Shown here: one piece after another, positions 29,044-38,228 of the stretch
Layout of the letters: every line of letters begins with the position of its first letter
Numbering within the stretch: the first letter of the stretch is position 1
Assembly (NCBI GenBank): GCA_964565075.1
Contig: CAZMCK010000003.1
Span: forward strand, 35,016 to 99,015
Reading direction: 5' to 3'
DNA: 64,000 nucleotides
DNA from: an uncultured Dehalococcoidaceae bacterium
Lineage (GTDB): Bacteria > Chloroflexota > Dehalococcoidia > UBA2979
Notes under the pieces: generated by a model
Seen by the model: only the letters and a program-made list of their open reading frames with translations
The model's database searches: none
Told to the model about the DNA's origin: nothing
Translations under genes and position numbers: made by a program

Positions 29044-29868
29044 CTACGAGGGCTTCGACGCGATGGCCTCGCCGAATGCGAGCGCGCAGATGGCCGACGG
29101 GTCGCTCCTCCACATCTCGTACGCCGTCTCGATCTGTGCACACTGCTCCGGAGTGGCGACGCCGTACTCGATAGCCGCCTCTGTGATGGCCGACGACAGG
29201 AACCACGTGGTGGCGAACCTGTACACGAAGTCGACATCCAGCGGGGAGTCGTAGACGTCGAACGAGACGCTGGCCCGCACGGCCGTGAAGCCGCTCGCGA
29301 GCAGTTGCTGCTTCAGATCCCGGCCCATGTTCGGGTGCCCGTCGTCCGTCCTGAGCACGTCCTCGAAGATGCGCCAGGCGTGCTGCAGCACCCCGTACCG
29401 GGGGTGGGTGAAGCTGGACCTGCAGATCAGCTCCCGGCACCCGATGACCCCGCCGGGCTTCAGCACACGCCGTACCTCGGCGAGCGCGGCGCGGGTATCC
29501 GGCACGTGCATGAGCAAGTTGTGGCAGTGTGCGACGTCGAAGTAGTCGTCGGGGAAGGGCAGATCGGCCACGTCGGCCACGTGGAATGTCGCGTTTTCTA
29601 TGCCGCTCGCCTCGGCGACCGACCTCGACAGCTCGACCTGGGACTCCTCCATGTCGACGCCGTGCAGCTGCCCCGGGGCCACGGCCCTCGCCAGCCCCAC
29701 GGAGATGGTTCCCGGCCCGCACCCGAAGTCGAGCACCCGCAGACCCGGCCTGAGGTACGGGAGCAGGTAGGACGCGCTCGCCTCGGCGGTGTTCCGCCTC
29801 AGCGCCTCGAGCATCTCGTCGCTGAAGCCCAGCGAGTAGTTGGGTGTCGAGGACGTGGGGTCGATCAT
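29044..29868 (-). CDS. class I SAM-dependent methyltransferase
   Basis: GLRVLDFGCGPGT motif I, then LKPGGVI. ATG at 29868 preferred, but the track start at 29925 is possible. Confidence 0.85.
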   Translation of the reverse strand: MIDPTSSTPNYSLGFSDEMLEALRRNTAEASASYLLPYLRPGLRVLDFGCGPGTISVGLARAVAPGQLHGVDMEESQVELSRSVAEASGIENATFHVADVADLPFPDDYFDVAHCHNLLMHVPDTRAALAEVRRVLKPGGVIGCRELICRSSFTHPRYGVLQHAWRIFEDVLRTDDGHPNMGRDLKQQLLASGFTAVRASVSFDVYDSPLDVDFVYRFATTWFLSSAITEAAIEYGVATPEQCAQIETAYEMWRSDPSAICALAFGEAIASKPS

Positions 29869-30400
29869 CAGGGTGCGCTCGTCATGGGCGGGCCTCGTGT
29901 TGCAGGGACGGTCCCAACGCGACAAGGGACGTGCTCGCAGAGCACCAGGCCCCGCCGTGGAGACGCGTCCGCCAACGTTGCGATCCCGAGCGTAAATTTT
30001 GCCACTGTCATGTAAAGCCCGTCCATATGACAGGCGTGTGACCGGCCCATATCCGCATATGGAATCCGTGTATTCGCCGAGCCCGCGGCAGCCATGCCCT
30101 CACGGACGGCGAAGCCGAAGTCCTCGGAGTCATCGACGGTATCGCGGCTGGGGGAGAGCGTTGCGGCTCGCGCTCCGCCGCGACGTGCGATTCGTGGCCG
30201 AGACGGCCGGCTGGCGGGTGATCCGATGGGATCCCACGCTCTCCTGTTGGTTTCGCCCCCCGTACAATCGCTGCGGCTATCATCTACGCGCCACGGCTCG
30301 CATGTTGGAGTCGGCAACAGCCCTCAGCATCCGTCGCATCCGGGGCGAGTCCCCGGGATGTCGAGGGCTGCTCTCACAGGCGAACGGGGTGCCGCCCGGG

Positions 30401-32140
30401 ATGACAGCGCAGGGCGCCAATCCGGACATCCGCTACGAGCCCGACGAGGCCTGCCCGCCGCTGCTCGCGGCGGGCGTCGGCCTGCAGGGTGTCGCACTCG
30501 CGCTGGCCCCGACGATCCTCGTCGTGGCCGTGACCGTGCAGGCTTCGGGTGGGGACGACGCCGACCTGAACTGGGCGGTCTTCGCGGCCCTGATCGTCAA
30601 CGCGGTCATTGTCTTCCTGCACGCCACCCGAGCCTGGTACGTGGGGTCCGGGCAGATCGTCATTACCGCGCCCAGCGTCCAGTTCGTCGGCGTCTCCGCG
30701 GTGGCCGTCGCCGAGGGCGGTCCCGGGACGCTCGCGGCCCTCATGGTGGTGTGCTCCTTCGTGCAGCTTGGCATGGCGGTGGCGCTGCCGCTGCTGCGCC
30801 GCGTCATCACCCCCGTGGTCTCGGGCACGGTCCTGATCCTGGTCGCGGCGACGCTGCTGCCCGTCGCGACCGACCAGATCAACCAACTCCCTGAGGGAGC
30901 GCCCGACCACGCCGGGCCTACGGCCGCGGCCGTCACTCTCGTCGTGGCGATCGTACTGACGCTCCGCACCTCCGGTCAGGTACGGCTGTGGTCCACCCTG
31001 ATCAGCATCACGGCCGGCTGCGTGACGACCGCCCTGCTCGGCCAGTACGAGTTGCAGCGGGTGGCGGATGCACCCTGGCTCGGCTTCCCCGAGGCCCGGT
31101 TCCCGGGCTTCGACATCACACCCGGCGCGGAGTTCTGGGGCCTGCTCCCTACCTTCGTCGTGCTCACGCTCGTGCTCGGCACCAAGGTGGTCAGCGACGG
31201 AGCGCTCATCGAGCGCGCGGCGCAGCGCGAGTCGCGCGCGATCGACTTCCGGCACATGCAGGCGATGGTCAGCACGAACGGGCTGGGCATGCTCCTCGCC
31301 GGGATCGCCGGGTCGCCGCCGGTCCAGAGCCTCGCCTCATTCAGCACTGCGCTGATCAGCCTCACGGGGATCGCGTCCCGCCGGGTGGGGTATGCGGTCG
31401 CCGCCCTGTTCCTCGCGGTCGCCCTGTTCCCGAAGTTCGGTGCGATCCTGCTCACGATCCCGGGCCCCGCGATGGGCGCCTACCTGGTCATGGCGCTGGG
31501 AATCATCATCGTCGGCGGCATGCAGACCATCTTCCGCGACGGCCTGGACCCGCAGAGAGCCCTCGTCGTAGGGGTCGCCCTGTCGGTCGGGCTCGGCCTC
31601 AACAACCACGAGATCATCACGATCCTGCTGGGAGACACGCTGGGCGCGGCCTTCGGCAGCGGCGTCATGTACGGCACGATCGTCGCCGTGGCCCTGACGC
31701 TGTTCCTCGATAGCACAGGCCCGCGGCCTCGCCGCCTGGAGGCGGAGCTCGACGCGGCCGAGTTGCCCGCCATCGACGAGTTCCTGAGCGAGATCGCCGC
31801 CGAGCTCGACTGGGACGAGCCCTCCGGCGGCCGCCTGCGGGCCGCGGGCGAGGAGACGTTGCTGAGCCTCCTGCAGCGCGACGACGAGGAGCCCGCGGAG
31901 CAGGCGCCCGGCCTGCGGATCACTGCTCGGCCAGAGGGTGGCCTGGTGGAGCTGGAGTTCGTCGCGACGACCGACCGCGAGAACCTCGAGGACCAGCTCG
32001 CATACCTGAGCGACGAGATCCGGCTACCCGAAGCCAACGAGATCTCGCTGCGCCTCCTCCGTCATCAGGCGGCGTCGGTGCGCCACCAGAAGTACCACGG
32101 GATCGATATCGTCACGGTCCTCGTCGAGGGATCGCGCTAG
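30401..32140 (+). CDS. NCS2 (xanthine/uracil permease-type) transporter with extra ~145-aa cytoplasmic C-terminal domain
   Basis: From MTAQGANPD there are ~12-14 TM segments in the NCS2 style. The upstream 134 codons of track ORF 29999.. do not look like coding sequence. Confidence 0.8.
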   Translation: MTAQGANPDIRYEPDEACPPLLAAGVGLQGVALALAPTILVVAVTVQASGGDDADLNWAVFAALIVNAVIVFLHATRAWYVGSGQIVITAPSVQFVGVSAVAVAEGGPGTLAALMVVCSFVQLGMAVALPLLRRVITPVVSGTVLILVAATLLPVATDQINQLPEGAPDHAGPTAAAVTLVVAIVLTLRTSGQVRLWSTLISITAGCVTTALLGQYELQRVADAPWLGFPEARFPGFDITPGAEFWGLLPTFVVLTLVLGTKVVSDGALIERAAQRESRAIDFRHMQAMVSTNGLGMLLAGIAGSPPVQSLASFSTALISLTGIASRRVGYAVAALFLAVALFPKFGAILLTIPGPAMGAYLVMALGIIIVGGMQTIFRDGLDPQRALVVGVALSVGLGLNNHEIITILLGDTLGAAFGSGVMYGTIVAVALTLFLDSTGPRPRRLEAELDAAELPAIDEFLSEIAAELDWDEPSGGRLRAAGEETLLSLLQRDDEEPAEQAPGLRITARPEGGLVELEFVATTDRENLEDQLAYLSDEIRLPEANEISLRLLRHQAASVRHQKYHGIDIVTVLVEGSR

Positions 32141-32195
32141 ACGCCATCGGCGGCCGCGCGACCAGCGCTCCCCGGCCGGATCGGGCTGCGCGGCG

Positions 32196-34574
32196 CTACG
32201 TCGACCCGGCGCCCGGCGAACCGCCGCGGATTCCCGCGGTCGCTGTCGCGGGCTCCAGCTCGCGCGCTCGCTCGATGGTGAGCCGGGGCAGGACACGGTC
32301 CAGCCAGCCCGGCACCCACCAGTTGCGCTCGCCCAGCAGTTCCATGGCGGCCGGCACGAGCAGGAGCCGCACGACGGTCGCATCGAGGAACACGGCGACG
32401 GCAAGGCCGAGCCCGAACATCTTGATGGCGCGGTTGTCCTCGAACACGAAGCTCGCGAACACCACGACCATGATCGCCGCGGCCGCGGTGATGACTCGCG
32501 CCGTCGACGCAAGTCCATCGGCCACCGAGAGGACGGCGTCGCCGCTGCGGTCGTACTCCTCGCGCACGCGGGAGAGCAGGAACACCTCGTAGTCCATCGA
32601 GAGCCCGAAGACGATGGCGAACAGCATCATCGGGATGAATGGCTCGATCGGGCCGGCGTCCACGCCGATCAGCGAGCCGAGGAAGCCGTGCTGGAACACG
32701 GCCGCTACCACGCCGTACGCGGCGGCGATCGACAGCAGGTTCATCACCACCGCCTTGATCGGCACCAGGACCGATCGGAACACGATCAGGAGCAGCAGGA
32801 ACGACAGCACGAGCACCGCCGCGAAGAACACGGGCGTGCGCGTGGCCAGGTACTCCGTGAAGTCCACGCCGAGCGGGACGGTCCCGGCGACGTTCACCGT
32901 CAGCGTGCTGCCCTCGACGGCCGCAGGGAGGACGTCTGAACGCAGATGCCGGACGAGGTCCGCGGTCGCAGGGTCCTGCGGCGCGGTCGTCGGGAAGACC
33001 TGGACCATGTAGGCCTCGGGATTGGCGGGGTTGTTGGGGAGCGGGCCGTTCGTCGAGACGACGCCGTCGTCGCGCAACAGCGCCGCGATCAACGGCTCGA
33101 GGGTCTCCCGATCGCCCTCCGTCCCGGGGACGGCGGTGACGATGAGCGGGCCGTTGAAGCCGGGCCCGAAGCCCTCCGCGAGGAGGTCGTACGCGCGGCG
33201 CGTCGTGGTCTCCTCCGGGAAGTTGCCGTCGTCGGCAAAGCCGAGCCGCAGCCCGAGCGCGGGAGAGGCCATCGCCAGCAGCAGCGCGGCTCCCACGGCG
33301 AGGGCGATCCACGGCCGGCGTTGCACCAGGCGGCTCCAGCGCCACGCGAATGTCTCCTCCATGGGCTTGCGAGGTCGCCTCGGCACGATCCCGCGCAGCG
33401 GCCGCACGAAGAACCCCGCCAGGAGTACGACGGCCGCGAGCGGCGCACCCAGCATCAACGGGCGGAAGCCGAGCCCGAGGCCGAGCAGCGCAGCCGCCAC
33501 CAGGCCCGCGGCGATGAGGCCGCGCCACCGGGTGACCTCGATGCGGTCGCCTACGAACGCGATCAGCGCAGGCAACAGCGTCACCGACGCGATCATCGTG
33601 GAGGCGACCGTGAGCGCCGCCGCGACGGCAAGCCCCGCGATGAACGGCAGGCCCATCAGCAGCATCCCGAGCAGCGAGATCACGACCGTCAGTCCGGCGA
33701 AGATCACGGCCCGTCCGGCCGTGTCCATCGCCAGGTTGATCGATGGTTCGACGGCGCCGTCCTCCGCGAGCCCGTCCCGGTAACGGGTGACGATGAACAG
33801 CGCATAGTCGATGCCGACCCCGATGCCGACCATCGCACCAATGGTCGTCGCGAACTCAGGGATCGACATCACGTTCGACAGGAGTACGGCCAGTGCAAGG
33901 CCAACACCCACGCCGGCCACCGCCACGGCGAGCGGCAGCCCCATCGCCATCACGGATCCGAAGGCGAAGATGAGCACCACCACCGCGAACGCGAGCCCGA
34001 TGAACTCCGATTGAGGCGGCTCGAACTCGCTCAGCGCCTCGCCCCCGAGCTCGATCGTCAGGCCGGGCAGGTCGGGCGCGATGTCCAGGAACTCGCCGCC
34101 GAGCTGGGATGTGTCGTTGAAGTCCAGCTCCGGCGCAAGGTCGATGCGGGCAAACGCGACCTGCCCGTCCGCGCTGACCTGCGGACGCCCCGGCGCGTGG
34201 GGCTGGTTCCGAGCGTCCGGCGCCGATGACCCCTGGACCGGGGTCGTCGCAAGGTAGGGGCTGGTGACGGTGACGCCTTCGTACGCATCGACCTCGCGGA
34301 ACATCGTCTCCATGGCTTCGCGCACCTGGGGGTCATCGACGCCCCTGGCGGAGTGGAAGACGATGGAGCCGCTGAAGCCGCCCCCGAGGCCGCTGAAGTG
34401 CTCTTCCAGCACCTCGAAGCCGCTGCGGCTGTCGGAGTCGGGCGCCTCGAGTTCGGCGAAGAACGAGGGGCCCACGGCGCCGGCTGCGGCGAGCGCAACC
34501 ACAACAATCGTGACCCAGGCGGCCACCGTCTTGCGGGGGTTGCGGAAGCACCACCCACCGACTCGAACGAGCAT
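32196..34574 (-). CDS. MMPL family (RND superfamily) transporter
   Basis: 792-aa ORF with two 6-TM bundles. Motifs GIGIDYALFIVTRYR and GLSMDYEVFLLSRVRE. Confidence 0.9.
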   Translation of the reverse strand: MLVRVGGWCFRNPRKTVAAWVTIVVVALAAAGAVGPSFFAELEAPDSDSRSGFEVLEEHFSGLGGGFSGSIVFHSARGVDDPQVREAMETMFREVDAYEGVTVTSPYLATTPVQGSSAPDARNQPHAPGRPQVSADGQVAFARIDLAPELDFNDTSQLGGEFLDIAPDLPGLTIELGGEALSEFEPPQSEFIGLAFAVVVLIFAFGSVMAMGLPLAVAVAGVGVGLALAVLLSNVMSIPEFATTIGAMVGIGVGIDYALFIVTRYRDGLAEDGAVEPSINLAMDTAGRAVIFAGLTVVISLLGMLLMGLPFIAGLAVAAALTVASTMIASVTLLPALIAFVGDRIEVTRWRGLIAAGLVAAALLGLGLGFRPLMLGAPLAAVVLLAGFFVRPLRGIVPRRPRKPMEETFAWRWSRLVQRRPWIALAVGAALLLAMASPALGLRLGFADDGNFPEETTTRRAYDLLAEGFGPGFNGPLIVTAVPGTEGDRETLEPLIAALLRDDGVVSTNGPLPNNPANPEAYMVQVFPTTAPQDPATADLVRHLRSDVLPAAVEGSTLTVNVAGTVPLGVDFTEYLATRTPVFFAAVLVLSFLLLLIVFRSVLVPIKAVVMNLLSIAAAYGVVAAVFQHGFLGSLIGVDAGPIEPFIPMMLFAIVFGLSMDYEVFLLSRVREEYDRSGDAVLSVADGLASTARVITAAAAIMVVVFASFVFEDNRAIKMFGLGLAVAVFLDATVVRLLLVPAAMELLGERNWWVPGWLDRVLPRLTIERARELEPATATAGIRGGSPGAGST

Positions 34575-34725
34575 CGCGGCCCTCTCTCCGTGCGTCTCCG
34601 TGTGCGCGCGCGACGGCGCGCGGACGGTTGCGTCGCTGGTCTACGCCGGTGGGAGAGGCGCCATTCGAACGTAGCAGGGCGGCACCCCAGCGGCCAACGC
34701 GTGACCAGCCGCCTCAGTCGGAGCG

Positions 34726-34765
34726 CGTTGACACCCCACCATGCTCTTCGCTACGAAGCGCGAAC
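34726..34765 (+). promoter_or_regulatory. promoter-like module 1 (TTGACA-18-TACGAA plus conserved flanks)
   Basis: CGTTGACACC..TCGCTACGAAGCGCGAAC, about 70 nt upstream of the cupin ATG. Near-duplicate at 35240. Confidence 0.5.
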
Positions 34766-34833
34766 CGCCCCGGGCACGTCGAGGGGCGGGGCTGCCGGAG
34801 ACCGCCGGCGGCCCACCGGAGGAGGAGGACGCA

Positions 34834-35184
34834 ATGAGCGAGGGAAGAGCATTCAACTGGGCCGACGTGGAGCCGTGGCCCTCCGACTACCCGGGGATCG
34901 CCATGAAGGTGGTGACCGGCGAGCGCATGCAACTCGTGATGGCCGAGTTCGAGCCCGGCTCCACGTACAGCCTCCACTCGCACGAGCGAGAGCAGTTCAG
35001 CTTCATGTTGAGCGGCCGGATGCGCCTCACCGTCGGAGACGAGGTCGCCGAGATCGGCCCCGGAGACATGTGGCACGCCCCGGCCAACGTTGCGCACGGC
35101 GGCGAGATCCTGGGCGACGAGCCCGTGGTCTTCGTCGATGTCTACTCGCCGCCCGCCGAGGAGTTCACCGAGGGCGGAAAGTAG
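34834..35184 (+). CDS. cupin domain protein
   Basis: ATG after GGAGGAGGAGGA. HSHEREQFSFMLSG..PANVAHGG are the cupin motifs. Confidence 0.85.
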   Translation: MSEGRAFNWADVEPWPSDYPGIAMKVVTGERMQLVMAEFEPGSTYSLHSHEREQFSFMLSGRMRLTVGDEVAEIGPGDMWHAPANVAHGGEILGDEPVVFVDVYSPPAEEFTEGGK

Positions 35185-35239
35185 CCCGAGGCGCCGACCG
35201 GCTAATGGTGGCGGCCCCGCGCCGCCGGCAAAGCCCGCT

Positions 35240-35278
35240 CGTTGACACCTCGCCGCGCCCTCGCTACGAAGTGCGGAC
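35240..35278 (+). promoter_or_regulatory. promoter-like module 2 (TTGACA-17-TACGAA plus conserved flanks)
   Basis: CGTTGACACC..TCGCTACGAAGTGCGGAC, directly upstream of the MaoC gene. Confidence 0.5.
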
Positions 35279-35308
35279 ACCATGACGAGCATGAGAGGAC
35301 AACACACC

Positions 35309-36427
35309 ATGGCTGACGAATGGCAGGACGCGTGGCAGGGGACGATCGACGCGGTCGGCGGCGACTTCTCCGGTGGCGTGCAGAGCACGGCCATCGACCA
35401 GATCGAGCTCGGCGCGGTGCGCAAGCTGCTCGAGCCGCTGGAGCTGGACTGCCCGCTCCACTACGACGCCGAGACCGCGCAGCAGCACGGCTACCGCAAC
35501 GTGCTTGCCCCCGTGGCCGGCATCTCGTCGACGTGGCTCGACTCGGGCCTGTGGCAGCCCGGCATGGGCAGCCGCTACCCGCAGGCGCATCCGCACGTCG
35601 ATATCCCGCGCACCCGCGGCGAGGAGATGCCCGAGCCGCCGCTGCCGGAGACGACCGCCGCGTTCGCGACCGACATCGAGATCGAGTACTTCGAGCCGGC
35701 GGTCGTCGGCGACCGGCTGACCGTCCGGGGCCGCAAGCTGCTGTCCTGCCTGCCGCGCGAGACGCGCGTCGGGCGCGGCGCGTTCATGGTCTGGGAGCGC
35801 GAGGTCGTCAACCAGGACGGCGACCTGGTCGCGCTGTTGCGCAACGGCGGCTACTCGTACGTCCCGCTCGACGCACCCGAGGGCAACGGGTCGGCGAGCG
35901 CGCCCGCGGACGAGGCGGCCACGGACGAGGCGCCCGAGGAGGACCTGATCGCGATCCGCAACGTCGAGCCCGGCTCCCCGCCGGCCGTCGACTGGTCGCA
36001 ACAGCGTTACTGGGAAGACGTGCAGGAGGGCGACGAGATCCCGCCGGTCACGATCAACCTGACCATCGCACGCCTCGTCGTCGAGGCGGGGGCGAACCGC
36101 GACTTCAACCAGATCCACCACAACACGCCCGTCTCGATCGCGACGGGTGCGCCGGACATGTACGCCAACAACGGCTTCATCCAGTGCTGGTGGGAGCGCG
36201 CGGTACGCGAGTACATCGGCCTCGGAGGCCGGTTCAAGAAGACCGGCCCGTTCCGGATGCGCATCTTCAACACCGTCGGTGAGTCCGCCGTGACCTCCGG
36301 CACGGTGAAGCGCAAGTGGGAGGAAGACGGCGAGCACCTGGTCGAGATCGAGGTCCGCACCGAGATCTCGAAGGGGACCTCCGTCGGCCCCGGCCCGGTC
36401 GTCGTCAGCCTGCCGACGCGCGGCTAA
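35309..36427 (+). CDS. double-hotdog MaoC-like (R)-hydratase/dehydratase
   Basis: ATG 9 nt after GAGAGGA (track start 35282 also possible). N- and C-terminal hotdog halves. C-terminal NRDFNQIHHN..ATG matches the MaoC motif. Confidence 0.85.
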   Translation: MADEWQDAWQGTIDAVGGDFSGGVQSTAIDQIELGAVRKLLEPLELDCPLHYDAETAQQHGYRNVLAPVAGISSTWLDSGLWQPGMGSRYPQAHPHVDIPRTRGEEMPEPPLPETTAAFATDIEIEYFEPAVVGDRLTVRGRKLLSCLPRETRVGRGAFMVWEREVVNQDGDLVALLRNGGYSYVPLDAPEGNGSASAPADEAATDEAPEEDLIAIRNVEPGSPPAVDWSQQRYWEDVQEGDEIPPVTINLTIARLVVEAGANRDFNQIHHNTPVSIATGAPDMYANNGFIQCWWERAVREYIGLGGRFKKTGPFRMRIFNTVGESAVTSGTVKRKWEEDGEHLVEIEVRTEISKGTSVGPGPVVVSLPTRG

Positions 36428-36439
36428 CCGCATCACCCG

Positions 36440-36471
36440 CTGCCGGGCGCGCTTCGATGCGCGCCCGGCAG
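36440..36471 (+). terminator. 13-bp perfect stem, 6-nt loop hairpin after the MaoC gene
   Basis: CTGCCGGGCGCGC-ttcgat-GCGCGCCCGGCAG. No U-tract. Its last base is the first base of the annotated PAC2 GTG. Confidence 0.55.
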
Positions 36472-37373
36472 TGACGGTCTATGCTGGGCTCGTGGACGAA
36501 CTGCTCATCGACGAACAGCCTCAGCTCGACCGCCCCATCCTCCTCGCGGCCTGGTCCGGGTGGAACGATGCGGGCGAGTCGGCAACCGGCGCGCTGCGCT
36601 TCATGCTGCGGCGCTGGCGGTCGAAGGCCATCGCGCACATCGACCCCGAGACGTTCTACGACTTCACGCAGGCGCGTCCGCGCGTGCGCCTGGAGGACGG
36701 CGAGCGCGTGCTCGACTGGCCGGCGAACGAGTTCTCGCCGCACCAGCGCGCGGGCACGGACCCCGACATCATCGTCATGCTCGGCATCGAGCCGCACCTG
36801 GCGTGGAACGCCTACAGCGACGCGATCGTCGAGTTCTGCAAGACGTTCGACGTCGGTCACGTCGTCACCCTCGGCGCGCTGCTCGCCGAGGCCAGCCACG
36901 CCCGCCCGATCGCCGTCAGCGGGTCGTCCGAGGACCCGGACTTCCGGGCACAGCTCGGTCTCCCGGAACCGCGACAGGGCGGCTACGAGGGCCCGACGGG
37001 CATCGTCGGCGTGATCAACAGCCGATTGCGCGACGAGGGCCTCAAGACCGCCTCGATGTGGGCGAACGTGCCGCACTACGTCAACGCGTCACCCAACCCC
37101 AAGGGCGCGCTCGCGCTGCTGGAGCAGCTCAACGAGTCGCTGCGGCTCGACCTCAGCCTCCACGACCTCGAGGTGTTCGCGGCGCGCTTCGACGCCCAGG
37201 TGGGCGCCGAGATCGCGAAGAACCCCGAGATGGTGGACTACGCCCGCCGCATCGAGGAGCAACTCGACGCCGAGGCGGAGGCGGGCGGCCAGCCCGAGGC
37301 CGAGCTGCCGGACGCCCAGGACATGGTCGACGAGCTCGAGCGCTTCCTCCGCCAGCAGCGCGACACGGACTGA
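36471..37373 (+). CDS. PAC2 (proteasome assembly chaperone 2-like) family protein
   Basis: PILLAAWSGWNDAGESAT..GPTGIVGV.. pattern of the PAC2 family. The start may be the in-frame GTG at 36492. Confidence 0.85.
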   Translation: MTVYAGLVDELLIDEQPQLDRPILLAAWSGWNDAGESATGALRFMLRRWRSKAIAHIDPETFYDFTQARPRVRLEDGERVLDWPANEFSPHQRAGTDPDIIVMLGIEPHLAWNAYSDAIVEFCKTFDVGHVVTLGALLAEASHARPIAVSGSSEDPDFRAQLGLPEPRQGGYEGPTGIVGVINSRLRDEGLKTASMWANVPHYVNASPNPKGALALLEQLNESLRLDLSLHDLEVFAARFDAQVGAEIAKNPEMVDYARRIEEQLDAEAEAGGQPEAELPDAQDMVDELERFLRQQRDTD

Positions 37374-37488
37374 GGTTCCCCGCGTCGCCGCAGCTCTGTG
37401 CTGTGCTTCACGAGCTCTACACTCCGGGTATCTGGTCGCTTGTGAAGGGCGGTGCTATTCTCATTCGCAGCAAACGCGCGCTCTTTAA

Positions 37489-37508
37489 GCCGGTCCTGCG
37501 AGGCCGGG
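37489..37508 (+). promoter_or_regulatory. PyrR-binding-loop-like element in the pyr leader
   Basis: GCCGG-UCCUGCGAGG-CCGGG resembles the PyrR binding consensus (UCCAGAGAGG in a hairpin loop). It lies upstream of a terminator and pyrR. Confidence 0.55.
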
Positions 37509-37577
37509 AAGGACGCAGCCCGTGACGCAAGGACTCGTGCCGACGTACGTTGCGCCTGGTGGCATCCACGCCGATCC

Positions 37578-37604
37578 CCTCCCCACCGGCGGGAGGTTTT
37601 TTTT
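37578..37604 (+). terminator. intrinsic terminator/attenuator of the pyr leader
   Basis: CCTCCC-caccggc-GGGAGG followed by eight T, about 45 nt before pyrR. Confidence 0.75.
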
Positions 37605-37649
37605 GCCCATGACCACCCACGCCCCCGCGCACATCGAGGGAGCCCAGCG

Positions 37650-38228
37650 GTGATGGAGCACTCGTCCGCCGGCGAAGCCGTCGGCACCGCTCCCGGCCCC
37701 GTCCTTGACGCGCCCGGCATCCGCCGTACCATGCAGCGCCTCGCGCACGAGATCGTCGAGCGCAACGGCGGCGTCGACCAGCTCGTGCTCGTCGGCGTGC
37801 AGCGCCGCGGCGTCACCCTCGCCGCCCGCCTCGCTTCGTTCATCGAGGAGTTCGAGGGCGTGCGAGTACCGATCGGCAGCCTCGACATCACGCTCCACCG
37901 CGACGACCTCGCGTCGCGCGGACTGCGCAGCGCCCCGCAACCCAGCGACCTCCCCGACATCGAGGGGAAGCACCTGGTGCTCGTCGACGACGTGCTCTTC
38001 ACGGGCCGCACCGTGCGCGCCGCGCTCGACTCGCTCAACGACTTCGGCCGGCCGCACCTCGTGCGGCTCGCGGTCCTCATCGACCGCGGCCACCGCGAGC
38101 TGCCGATCCGCGCCGACATCGTCGGGAAGAACATCCCGACGATGCGCACCGACCAGGTCCAGGTGCTCCTCGAGGAAGATGACGGCCGCGACGCCGTGGT
38201 CGTCATCCCGGGGGGTGAGCGCTCATGA
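37650..38228 (+). CDS. pyrR: bifunctional pyrimidine operon regulator/uracil phosphoribosyltransferase PyrR
   Basis: GTG 8 nt after GAGGGAG (ATG at 37653 also possible). [39 protein letters not shown]. Confidence 0.93.
   Translation: MMEHSSAGEAVGTAPGPVLDAPGIRRTMQRLAHEIVERNGGVDQLVLVGVQRRGVTLAARLASFIEEFEGVRVPIGSLDITLHRDDLASRGLRSAPQPSDLPDIEGKHLVLVDDVLFTGRTVRAALDSLNDFGRPHLVRLAVLIDRGHRELPIRADIVGKNIPTMRTDQVQVLLEEDDGRDAVVVIPGGERS

Noticed and set aside
29926-30400. Purine/xanthine riboswitch upstream of the NCS2 permease
   Set aside because: A GGATATGG-like string exists on the minus strand only. The J2-3/J3-1 conserved nucleotides and the three-way junction pairing of the purine riboswitch are not present.
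29999-30400. N-terminal 134 codons of the permease track ORF
   Set aside because: This part is Arg/Ser/Pro-rich, not hydrophobic, and sits in the AT-richer control region. Transporter-like sequence begins at the ATG at 30401.
34741-34833. Upstream ATG (34741) as the cupin start
   Set aside because: It lies between the -35 and -10 hexamers of the duplicated promoter-like module. The ATG at 34834 has a GGAGGAGGAGGA SD and gives a normal 116-aa cupin.
22360-35200. Genomic island integrated at tRNA-Asn
   Set aside because: The gene content looks accessory. However, I found no integrase, no transposase, no direct repeat of the tRNA 3' end and no obvious GC change, so the island call is unsupported.
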